This document shows positions 24,001 to 31,324 of a stretch of 64,000 nt of DNA, one piece after another; position 1 is the stretch's first letter; each line of letters opens with the position of its first letter. The position numbers and the translations under genes are program-made. Source of the stretch: Gammaproteobacteria bacterium (GTDB lineage Bacteria; Pseudomonadota; Gammaproteobacteria; CAJXQU01); contig CBDEGZ010000003.1 of assembly GCA_965238175.1 (NCBI GenBank), forward strand, positions 160,001 through 224,000. The letters are read 5' to 3'. The notes below the pieces were generated by a model that was not told the origin of the DNA, did not search any database, and saw only the letters and a list, made by a program, of their open reading frames with translations.

Positions 24001-24287
24001 TGTGCTTCTGTTTCGCTAAAACGGCCAAGTGCAACATCAACATTTCCACGACCAATTTTTTGCTCTCGCTGCAGATCCCATTGATCGGATTCACCAAAAC
24101 CCTGATAACCGAGAACCCCGATCAGAATCTCATGAATAAAATGACCATGGAGGGCAACTTCGTTTTGCGAATAGATCGAACGTGATTCGATGCTGTCCAC
24201 CCATTTTTGCAAAATAGTTTTGTGGGCATCAGGAATATGCAGTTCTGAGATCGAACGAGATAAAATTTTGGATTGAAAAAGTGGCAT
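21072..24287 (-). CDS. Type IIG (Eco57I-like) fused restriction endonuclease / N6-adenine methyltransferase
   Basis: N-terminal VD...ELK nuclease motif; YNGGLF, GHIFEQ, GVVYTP, DPACGSGAFL, GNPPY; TaqI-C-like target recognition region. Confidence 0.9.
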   Translation of the reverse strand: MPLFQSKILSRSISELHIPDAHKTILQKWVDSIESRSIYSQNEVALHGHFIHEILIGVLGYQGFGESDQWDLQREQKIGRGNVDVALGRFSETEAQIIAPFELKGANTKDLDAIMSGRHKSPVQQAWEYAMDAPGAKWVLLSNYVEVRLYAVGYGRQDYETWQFTDLLDPHEYARFMLLLSAKNLLRTETRSLLEASEKAEKDITSRLYEDYRNLRFHLIDSLQHDNPNTSSLTLVGHAQTLLDRILFIAFAEDRGLLPEQTLQKAYQHNDPYNQKPIWENFKGLFQAINQGNKTLDIPAYNGGLFSPDPAIDQLVISDDLCEKFKALGEYDFESEVGVTVLGHIFEQSISDLETIHETIEAGTTPTQLIEKQTAVKGKRKQHGVVYTPDNITQFIVEKTLGSYLKNAFDQLLIQYTKKQSFEESDQKIRWKNKSSEQQFWISWRDTLMQIRILDPACGSGAFLVAAFDYLYAEYTRVNDKLADITGSRDLFDLDKEILNNNLYGVDLNEESIEITKLSLWLKTAHKGKPLTSLDDNLKHGNSLINDRQIDHHAFNWQQQFPAVFATGGFDVVLGNPPYVRQERISEIKPWLEQNYTVYHGVADLYCYFFELGMRVLKPDGLLGYISSSTFFKTSSGKNLRTFLSQQTTLEVLINFNDLQLFEGVTTYPAIIIARNQTANPNSNISFLSLQNQLPEDLHSHFQQSQRVMQQQQLQQQSWRLEEHQLAELRSKITQGKPTLKEVYGSPKYGVKTGLNEAFVIDRKTRDQLVREDPNSTEIVKPLIKGNEIRKWHFDNQGNFLILFPKGWTTSKFGNIDEDKAFSELLQLYPAICNWLIPFSAKGKRRSDKGEFWWELRSCDYYHMFEEPKISYIEICSTNPFCYDKSGIYQEATTFFLPNAELELLAILNSSLAWFHFSSVTTILRGGYLRMKNQFIEPFPIPTATDQQKQTLAELAESCQHFAEQRYAIQKAVRQRIPDLCPSDREAKLSKKLIEWWALDFALFRREIKKQFKQDIPLQDRNDWESWLNVETEKIEQLSVQIAQAEQQINSLVYDLFDLSKTEIMLLEDNL

Positions 24288-24354
24288 GTACTTTCCTTTT
24301 CTCAGGATTGTGGCGCGGTTCTTTTTTTATCGCAAGTTTTACATTAAATATTGA

Positions 24355-26007
24355 TTAATCTTTGATATGAGTGAATCGCACAGGTACAATCACGCCTCGT
24401 GCCGGGGTGGCGGAATTGGTAGACGCGCCGGATTCAAAATCCGGTTTCTTCGGAAGTGCGAGTTCGATTCTCGCCCTCGGCACCATTTGATTATTGTTGG
24501 TTGAGATATCCCTTAAGAGTTTGAATGGTAAGGAGATTTCTGGTGTTCTAGCGCCATGATTTCGCTCATAAGCTAATCCTTGCGTAAATACGAGTTTTAG
24601 CACGGCTCTTTTATCTTCAAACCTCTCAGAGAGCCATATCTTATGCGGGTTTTCAAGAAATCGCAGCGCGGTTCTAGAAATGCTCTCAAAGGGTCTGATG
24701 GGCTGGCTCACACCCTCTATTTTTTCGTTGAGCAGCGCTTTTTCATGTTCTAGAGTATGCATCTTTGTTTCAAGGTTCTTGGTCACGGCGGCGCTGCTGG
24801 ACTCAATCATTAAATCTAGAGCCTTGTTAATTTTCTCATCTGTTTGCTCGCGCTGGGCTTTTAGCTCTTGCCTGCGTTGTTTTTGATGCTTTGCCCGGTA
24901 ATCCCATATGGCGCTGAACATGGCTGTTGCTGCCTTCATGACCGGCTTGGCAGGGGTTAGAGATTGAAGCAACTCTTCAAACGCGCCCTCCACATCGGCC
25001 CGGCGGAGTGATTTACCGTAGCTCTCGCAGCCCTTTTGTTGGCACAGGTAATAAGGATGGTGTTTGGTTTTGCCTTTACTAAAACACGAGGTGTAAGGCT
25101 TGCCGCAATCACCGCACAGGATAAAGCCGCGCAAAGGGAATTCCTGATTGAGGTCTTTACGCGCAGGCACATAAGCCCGGCCTTTCATACGGCCCTGTAT
25201 GCGCTCGAAAGTTTCCAAGTCTATAAGAGGTTCATGATGAGCCCGTACCATCGATATTCCCCAGCGCTCATGGGTGATATATCCGGCGTAGAGCACGCGG
25301 GTTAGCAAGTCAGGCACACGTTTATTGGCAATGCGTCCATGGGCATTTTTAGGAATGGTCTCATGCTTTTCTAAAAACTTGCGCACTTCTGCTTGGGTCT
25401 GAAACCTCCCCCGTGCATAGCCTTCAAGGGCTTCTTGAACGATAGAGGCGTTTGGCTCATCACGAACCAGCAATTTGCCATGACCTTTGGTCTTTTTGTA
25501 GCGGTAGCCTAGCGGGGCTTGAAAGACAAAATAGCCTTGCTCCAAACGTGCCTGCATTTTTTGAATGGTTTGGCGCCCGGTTTGCGCACGCTCCAGCTCA
25601 CCTTGGGCAGCATGGATAATCTCAACGAACTTGCCTTCAGGCGTATCTTCAAACTTAAAGTTTAAGCACTCTATTGTGGCATGATACTTCGTCATCTCAG
25701 CGCGCAGCTTAAGATGGAACATTGTGTCACGGGCAAAGCGCTTTAAATCATCAAAAATCACCACATAATCTGTATTTCTGCGGCGGCGTAAATAATCCAA
25801 TAGCGCCACCATACCTTTGCGTTTCATAAAATCACCGCCGCCAGAAACGTCATCAGTGAAGACCTTCTCAACGCTATAGCCCTGAGAGTTCGCATATTTG
25901 CGGCAGCGATGTTCTTGGCTTTCTAGCCCTGAGCCTTCAACGCGCTGCTTGATGGAGCTAATGCGGCAATAGATGATAGCTTTTGGTGGTTGAGATGTTT
26001 GCTTCAT
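24355..26007 (-). CDS. Large serine recombinase (resolvase + recombinase + zinc ribbon + coiled coil); last 43 aa read antisense through tRNA-Leu
   Basis: YCRISS catalytic motif, DDLKRFAR, APLGY, HEPLID.ETF, CGDC..YYLC zinc ribbon. Confidence 0.93.
   Translation of the reverse strand: MKQTSQPPKAIIYCRISSIKQRVEGSGLESQEHRCRKYANSQGYSVEKVFTDDVSGGGDFMKRKGMVALLDYLRRRRNTDYVVIFDDLKRFARDTMFHLKLRAEMTKYHATIECLNFKFEDTPEGKFVEIIHAAQGELERAQTGRQTIQKMQARLEQGYFVFQAPLGYRYKKTKGHGKLLVRDEPNASIVQEALEGYARGRFQTQAEVRKFLEKHETIPKNAHGRIANKRVPDLLTRVLYAGYITHERWGISMVRAHHEPLIDLETFERIQGRMKGRAYVPARKDLNQEFPLRGFILCGDCGKPYTSCFSKGKTKHHPYYLCQQKGCESYGKSLRRADVEGAFEELLQSLTPAKPVMKAATAMFSAIWDYRAKHQKQRRQELKAQREQTDEKINKALDLMIESSSAAVTKNLETKMHTLEHEKALLNEKIEGVSQPIRPFESISRTALRFLENPHKIWLSERFEDKRAVLKLVFTQGLAYERNHGARTPEISLPFKLLRDISTNNNQMVPRARIELALPKKPDFESGASTNSATPARGVIVPVRFTHIKD
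24362..24390 (+). promoter_or_regulatory. Putative sigma70 promoter of tRNA-Leu
   Basis: TTGATA-17 nt-TACAAT, 10 nt upstream of the tRNA. Confidence 0.65.
24401..24485 (+). tRNA. tRNA-Leu (anticodon CAA)
   Basis: GCCGGGGTGGCGGAATTGGTAGACGCG-CCGGATTCAAAATCCGG-long variable arm-GCGAGTTCGATTCTCGC-CCTCGGCACCA; 85 nt, CCA encoded. Confidence 0.97.
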
Positions 26008-26292
26008 TTACTCCTCCTTTGCAGGCGTCGACATTACGCGGCGATGAACAAGTTTAAGATTATGGTTCTTTTTTAAAGAATTGTCAGAATCAGGGGAAGC
26101 TTTTTCAAAGATATCGGGCAAAAACATCTGGACACTATCCAGCCCCCAGCCAATATCAACAAATGTATGCATGATGTGCCACAGAGCTGTGAGGAGCTGC
26201 TCAGCCTCCTCATCGGTAATCTCAACACCGTCTAAATGATGGAGATATTCATCGGGATTAAAGTCTAGCTTCGGTGGTGGTTGGCTGGCCAT
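26008..26292 (-). CDS. Small protein coupled to the recombinase gene
   Basis: RBS AAGGAG; stop codon abuts the recombinase ATG; core EQLLTALWHIMHTFVDIGWG. Confidence 0.7.
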   Translation of the reverse strand: MASQPPPKLDFNPDEYLHHLDGVEITDEEAEQLLTALWHIMHTFVDIGWGLDSVQMFLPDIFEKASPDSDNSLKKNHNLKLVHRRVMSTPAKEE

Positions 26293-26692
26293 GGGCGTTG
26301 CTCCTTATTGGTAAAGAGTAAAGATAGGCTTACTTTTTACCATTGAGAGCAGTGAGAAATGGGAAACATGTTAATCAGGGAAGAGGGCTTTAACCAGTCT
26401 CAGGCGGTGTAATACAGGCACATTTTTGTATTCCAAATCCATTCAATGCTTGGATATAAACCCAATCACACTCCGTGCAAGCTGTGCGGTGTTATACACC
26501 GCGCTTGGCAAGGGGGTCGCTGCGCACCCCCGTTGCATCCCCCTAGCAGATGGCGTTACTCGCACCATTCAATGTAATCGCATTAGGTTTATAGCTAAGC
26601 TTCCCATGCGATTTTCATTGACATAATTGATTATGGTCTGCTATCAATATCACCCTGAAAGTTAATGGATTAACAATAAGAAAGCGCAAGAT

Positions 26693-28105
26693 TTGTCTAC
26701 TACGAAAGATGTATACGAAGAGTACATTATTGAGTGTTTAAAAGAGGCGGGCCTCACGGATGAGCAAGCTCATTCTGTTTGTCCAACTCTACTGAATGGG
26801 CTTGATTTTCTTGGTGGAACGCGTTCTTTTGACTCTCAGTTATTCGCATATAAAGAGAAGGTCGAGCGAAGCTCTTCGTTGTTAGACCTTAAGAAAAGTC
26901 AGTTCGTTGCAGCGGCACTAAAACAACCTCAACTCTTTTATCAATCGCCGGAAACCATCAACGCGAATGTTGAGGGTAGTGTCAGATTGCTAAAACTTGA
27001 GAAAAAGCAGTTTTTATCCGCGGCACTGAAACAGCCTCAGCTATTTTATCAACGTCCAGAAACCATCAATGAGAATGTTGAAAGGAGTGCTTCATTGTTG
27101 GAGCTTAAAAAGAGCCAGTTCATTGTGGCTGGATTGAAACGGCCCCAGCTTTTTGCTCAATCACCGGAGACAATCAATAGAAACATTGAAGGGAGCGCTG
27201 CATTATTGAAGCTTGAGAAAAGCCAGTTCGTCGCAGCAGCACTAAAAAACCCTTCACTCTTTTATCGATCACCGGAGGCCATCAATAGAAATGTTGAGGC
27301 CAGTGCTCTATTGTTAGAACTTAAAAAAAACCAATTCGTTGCCGCAGCGTTAAAGCAGCCCCAACTCTTTGCTCAATCGCCAGAGACTATCAATGGAAAT
27401 ATTGAGGGTAGTGCTTCACTGCTGGGGCTTGAGAAAAGCCAATTCGTTGCCGCAGCGCTAAAACAGCCTTCACTCTTTCCCCGATCACCAAAGACAATCA
27501 AGAGCAATATTGAAGAGAGCGCTGTGTTATTGGGCCTTGAGAAGGATCAGTTTATAGCGGCGGCTTTAAAGCAGCCTCAGCTTTTTGGCCAATCACCGGA
27601 GACGGTCAACAGCAATGTCGAGAGAAGCGCATCTTTGTTGAAACTTGAAAAAAAACAGTTTGCAGTAGCTGCACTAAAACGGCCCCCTCTTTTTGTTCAA
27701 TCACCAGAGACGATTGCCAGACATGCACGGCTTATGGAGATATTTGCACAAAAAGGCCTTGCGCCTAATTCTGTGCAGAAATTTTATCTTAAAACCCCAC
27801 TTATGCTTACCCTTGCGGATAATAATTTTCACTTGCGTTTGGTATATGCACTTCATTCAAAAATGGGGAATATTGAAAACTTCACATTATTGCGCACACC
27901 AAGAAAAACAATTGAGCGTGATTTTGTGAGGGCTTTGGGGCACAATCCTGATGTCAAAACCATCACAGATATAAAGCCTCGCAGAGAGCAGGTTCAAAGT
28001 AAGGCAGCTCAAAACCTTCGTACTTTGATTGCAAATATACAAAATGGGTTGTTAAAGGGGTATAAGTACGAGCCTACAGAAGAGGTAAGCGAACTTGCTT
28101 TGTAG
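26693..28105 (+). CDS. Tandem-repeat protein with eight 36-aa mTERF-like repeats
   Basis: Repeats at aa 57-344, consensus VExSAxLLxLxKxQFVAAALKQPQLFxQSPETINxN; TTG start; TTGACA upstream at 26618. Confidence 0.8.
   Translation: MSTTKDVYEEYIIECLKEAGLTDEQAHSVCPTLLNGLDFLGGTRSFDSQLFAYKEKVERSSSLLDLKKSQFVAAALKQPQLFYQSPETINANVEGSVRLLKLEKKQFLSAALKQPQLFYQRPETINENVERSASLLELKKSQFIVAGLKRPQLFAQSPETINRNIEGSAALLKLEKSQFVAAALKNPSLFYRSPEAINRNVEASALLLELKKNQFVAAALKQPQLFAQSPETINGNIEGSASLLGLEKSQFVAAALKQPSLFPRSPKTIKSNIEESAVLLGLEKDQFIAAALKQPQLFGQSPETVNSNVERSASLLKLEKKQFAVAALKRPPLFVQSPETIARHARLMEIFAQKGLAPNSVQKFYLKTPLMLTLADNNFHLRLVYALHSKMGNIENFTLLRTPRKTIERDFVRALGHNPDVKTITDIKPRREQVQSKAAQNLRTLIANIQNGLLKGYKYEPTEEVSELAL
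26861..27724 (+). repeat. 8 x 108-bp coding tandem repeat
   Basis: In-frame 36-codon units with synonymous divergence. Confidence 0.93.
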
Positions 28106-28128
28106 TTCTCAAGGGGGAACGCAGCAAC

Positions 28129-28224
28129 TTACTCCAAACTAGGAAAGTTATCTTCAAGATAGTCACTCCACTCCTCCAACGTATCACACAAGGTGTTCGA
28201 GGTTTCACTATCAGGGTGCACCAT
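28129..28224 (-). other. Displaced 3' end of the serine recombinase gene (MVHPDSETSNTLCDTLEEWSDYLEDNFPSLE*)
   Basis: Starts inside the right direct repeat with the same ATG GTG C as recombinase codons 508-510; open for 31 codons to TAA. Confidence 0.75.
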
Positions 28225-28260
28225 TTCAACGTCCACTACCTTCCAGTAACACCTACACAG

Positions 28261-29346
28261 TTACTCTTCTTGCTTGTGTATTAGATCTACTAATGACCTG
28301 TTGATATAAAAATTTGTGCGTCCTACTTTGTGTTTGTCGACAAAATTATGTTCGTATAATTCATTCAAATATTTGCTGGCTGTGATGCGCTTAACATCTA
28401 ATTGATCCATAACAAATTGTACTTTTGTGTAAGGATGAAAAAACAGGTTGTTGAGTAGTTCTTGGCTATAAATTTTTGGTAGTTCTTTACGCATTCTCTG
28501 CTTGGTCACCATAATTAGTTCACGGATCTGATTTACAAACTCTATGGTTTCTCTTGCAGTAATTGCGACACCATCAACAATATAGGCTAGCCAGTCTTGC
28601 CAGTTATTTTGATCGCGAACCAATTGTAACAATCGATAATAATCATCTTTGCTACGGACAATATATCGGCTAAGGTACAAGATAGGTAAGTCTAGCAAAC
28701 CACTTCTTACTAAATACAAAATGTTGAGTATTCTACCTGCTCTTCCATTTCCATCGTAAAATGGATGGATACTTTCAAATTGATGATGAATAATTGCCAT
28801 TTTTATTAATGGATCGAGATCTGAAAGTTGATCGTCGTTAATGTATTCGACAAGGTTGGTGAGCAGATCTGTTATTTCATCTGGGTGCTGTGGAGGAGTA
28901 TGGACAACTTCTCCTGTCCTACTATTACCGATTACAATACCTGGTATTTTTCTAATACCCGGCTTGTTAGGTTCAATGATGGCTTGAATACGTAATATAT
29001 CTTCGAAGCGGATTAGATCTGTGTCTCTTGTATTTCTATAACTTTCCCATAAAGAAGCACGATAGTTCTCCACTTCTTTTGCAGCTTGATTGATTTCTTT
29101 TCCTTGAATAACACCAGCCTGAAAGAGTTGGTCATGAGTGGTAAAGATGTTTTCAATTGCGGAGCTGTCTTTCGCTTCTTGCATTGTTAGTGTAGAAATC
29201 AGTATGCCTTCATTAGGTATGGTTTTAGCCACACCTTTCAATTCAGCAAGGTAACGATGAGCTTGAGCGACTTTTTTTAGAAGCTCTATTGATTCCCATG
29301 AAGCTTCTTCAGGAAAAGGTAACTTCGTAAGAGAGGAAGATTCCAT
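28261..29346 (-). CDS. Fic-domain AMPylase with N-terminal inhibitory motif and probable C-terminal winged helix
   Basis: HPFYDGNGRAGR catalytic motif; SSAIEN inhibitory (S/T)xxxE(G/N) motif. Confidence 0.92.
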   Translation of the reverse strand: MESSSLTKLPFPEEASWESIELLKKVAQAHRYLAELKGVAKTIPNEGILISTLTMQEAKDSSAIENIFTTHDQLFQAGVIQGKEINQAAKEVENYRASLWESYRNTRDTDLIRFEDILRIQAIIEPNKPGIRKIPGIVIGNSRTGEVVHTPPQHPDEITDLLTNLVEYINDDQLSDLDPLIKMAIIHHQFESIHPFYDGNGRAGRILNILYLVRSGLLDLPILYLSRYIVRSKDDYYRLLQLVRDQNNWQDWLAYIVDGVAITARETIEFVNQIRELIMVTKQRMRKELPKIYSQELLNNLFFHPYTKVQFVMDQLDVKRITASKYLNELYEHNFVDKHKVGRTNFYINRSLVDLIHKQEE

Positions 29347-29599
29347 ATGTATAGAAAACTGGGTTTAATTGATATATGGATCAGTATATGTATATATTTT
29401 CCGATTATCTATACATATCAAGATAAACATATATAGAAAACAGCATAATCTATACATTAAAGAAAACTATTTACTTAAAGGATAGATGTGTGAATAAAGT
29501 GAGTAACTTCGATCACCTGGGGGTATTTATAGGGGTATATGAATAAATGTGAAAACAACTAATTCAATATTATCAATTAGTTACTGTTAGTTAGCGGTG

Positions 29600-29617
29600 C
29601 TCGCCCTCGCACCATTT
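29600..29617 (+). repeat. att scar: copy of tRNA-Leu 3' end
   Basis: CTCGCCCTCG-CACCATTT vs tRNA CTCGCCCTCGGCACCATTT (one-base gap). Confidence 0.8.
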
Positions 29618-29745
29618 CAACGTCCAACACTGTCCAATAACATCCTCGAAAACATAAAATATCAATAATTTACCTTGATTCTTTGTCCTGAGTCGTCTTG
29701 TCTTTTATCTGACTTGGGCTGACGAAGAAATGTTAGCCTAACATA

Positions 29746-30371
29746 CGTTGTCGGTTCGGATCGTTTTAATTCGGAAAGGAAATTTATCCACCACGTAATT
29801 AATGAAATCAATCGAATTAGCTTGCGTGTGTTTCTCATAGATTTTAAGTGCTCTTATACGCGTACAATCATCAACCGCTGTGTATTTTGGAAACGTTTAA
29901 GACGTTTTCCGTGTTTATCTTTGAAAAAGAGAAACTTAACATCCACTTGAACATGATGTCCCGGCACTTTTTTTCGTAACGTTTAAACTTACTGTGTGAA
30001 CGTTTCTTGATGTTTTCAGGGAGCCGATTTAGTTTATTTCGGCACAAGAAACACCCATTGCGAGATATTTTAATGTCATGGTAACGCTGTAGATGCCATA
30101 CAATCATATCTGGGCCAAAATGGTACGTGGTTCTCAAGTAAATAATTTTTTCTTCGATTTCTTTAGGCAATCGTAGTTTATGATTTTCAGGACAAGGTTT
30201 ATTGTTAACTAAAGCAGCTTCCCCATGCTCTTCATATGCTCGCTTCCACGTATAAAATGTTTCCCGACAAATACCAAAGTAACGACAGGTCTTTGCGATA
30301 TTGCCAATTTCTTTAGCGTGATTTAATACCTTTAGTTTTCTTGTAATATCGTGTTGTGCCTTTTGATTCAT
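29746..30371 (-). pseudogene. IS481-family transposase, frameshifted and truncated
   Basis: N-terminal CRYFGICRETFYTW HTH; continues in other frames as HVQVDVKF and TAVDDCTRIR..PFRIKTIRTDN, then stops. Confidence 0.85.
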
Positions 30372-30421
30372 ATGCTCGACTCCTAAAATAAGCTGATGAC
30401 AGTATAATCTGTCTGCCTAAG

Positions 30422-30448
30422 GCGAGATTTTTATACTCGCCCTTGGCA
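30422..30448 (+). repeat. Degenerate copy of tRNA-Leu T-arm/acceptor strand (old att scar)
   Basis: GCGAG-atttttata-CTCGCCCTTGGCA vs tRNA GCGAG-ttcgatt-CTCGCCCTCGGCA. Confidence 0.55.
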
Positions 30449-30588
30449 ATATTTTTTGTTGTCAGTGATTTGCTACGTTAGCAAAACTACCTAATCTTTT
30501 GTATTTCTCTTCTTAGCTAGCTAGTTATAATTAAAGGTCGCATCTAGTTTGACTGAACGTATGTTAGAAAAGTAATTCAAGTTAACTT

Positions 30589-31314
30589 ATGAATAGTAAA
30601 CCTTTAAAATTAATTGTTTTTCAACATATCGATGTTGAACATCCCGGTATTTTTTGTGATTTCTTGAAAGAAGATGGAATTACATGGGACACCGTCGAAC
30701 TTGATGTTGGTGATCAAATACCCGAATTGGAACAATACGATGCTTTAATCGTAATGGGTGGTCCTATGGATGTCTGGGAAGAAGATAAGCATCCGTGGTT
30801 AATTGATGAAAAAGCCGCTATACGACGTGCAGTTATTGATCTAAAACTACCTTACCTTGGCTTTTGCCTTGGCCATCAACTACTGGCTTCTGCACTCGGT
30901 GGTAAAGTTGGGCCAATGACAAAACCTGAAGTTGGAATACTAGAAATTGAATTGACAACCGATGGCGAAAAAACACCCCTCTTTGCTGGCGTAAATCAAA
31001 AAATTAAATGTCTTCAATGGCATGGGGCAGAAGTATCCGTACCACCCGCAAACAGTAAAACTCTTGCTCGATCAAAAGACTGTGCTATCCAAGCATTACA
31101 AATTGGGGATACTGCATTTAGCATGCAATGCCACGTAGAACTCACGTCAACAACGGTTTCAGATTGGGGTGCGATACCAGAATATGAAAAATCGCTTGAA
31201 CAAACATTAGGGACTGGTGCTTTATCAAAGCTTGATAGCGAAGCGAGTATGCATATGACAGAATTCAATGAGACTGCCAGAACGCTGTATAATAATTTTC
31301 GATTACTCTTGTAA
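30589..31314 (+). CDS. Class I glutamine amidotransferase-like protein
   Basis: MGGPM, GFCLGHQL, QWHG, QCHVE triad. Confidence 0.88.
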   Translation: MNSKPLKLIVFQHIDVEHPGIFCDFLKEDGITWDTVELDVGDQIPELEQYDALIVMGGPMDVWEEDKHPWLIDEKAAIRRAVIDLKLPYLGFCLGHQLLASALGGKVGPMTKPEVGILEIELTTDGEKTPLFAGVNQKIKCLQWHGAEVSVPPANSKTLARSKDCAIQALQIGDTAFSMQCHVELTSTTVSDWGAIPEYEKSLEQTLGTGALSKLDSEASMHMTEFNETARTLYNNFRLLL

Positions 31315-31324
31315 AGGAGCACCT

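Larger units (their letters stand above)
24480..28226. mobile_element. About 3.74-kb integrative element at tRNA-Leu 3' end (serine recombinase, small ORF, oriT-like region, repeat protein)
   Basis: GCACCATTT direct repeats at 24480-24488 and 28218-28226; GC-richer than flanks; recombinase reading frame is restored across the joined ends. Confidence 0.85.

Noticed and set aside
21072-24287. R-M gene as cargo of the tRNA-Leu island
   Set aside because: It lies on the 5' side of the tRNA, outside all att copies found
26559-26572. CTCGCACCATTCAA as an internal att site
   Set aside because: Only 8 bp match the core and there is no other boundary evidence; may be chance
26426-26626. 66-aa ORF in the element's intergenic region
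   Set aside because: TTG start without an RBS; overlaps the inverted-repeat region
26861-27724. 108-bp periodic repeats as a CRISPR array
   Set aside because: Units are contiguous, in frame and vary at silent sites; no unique spacers and no cas genes
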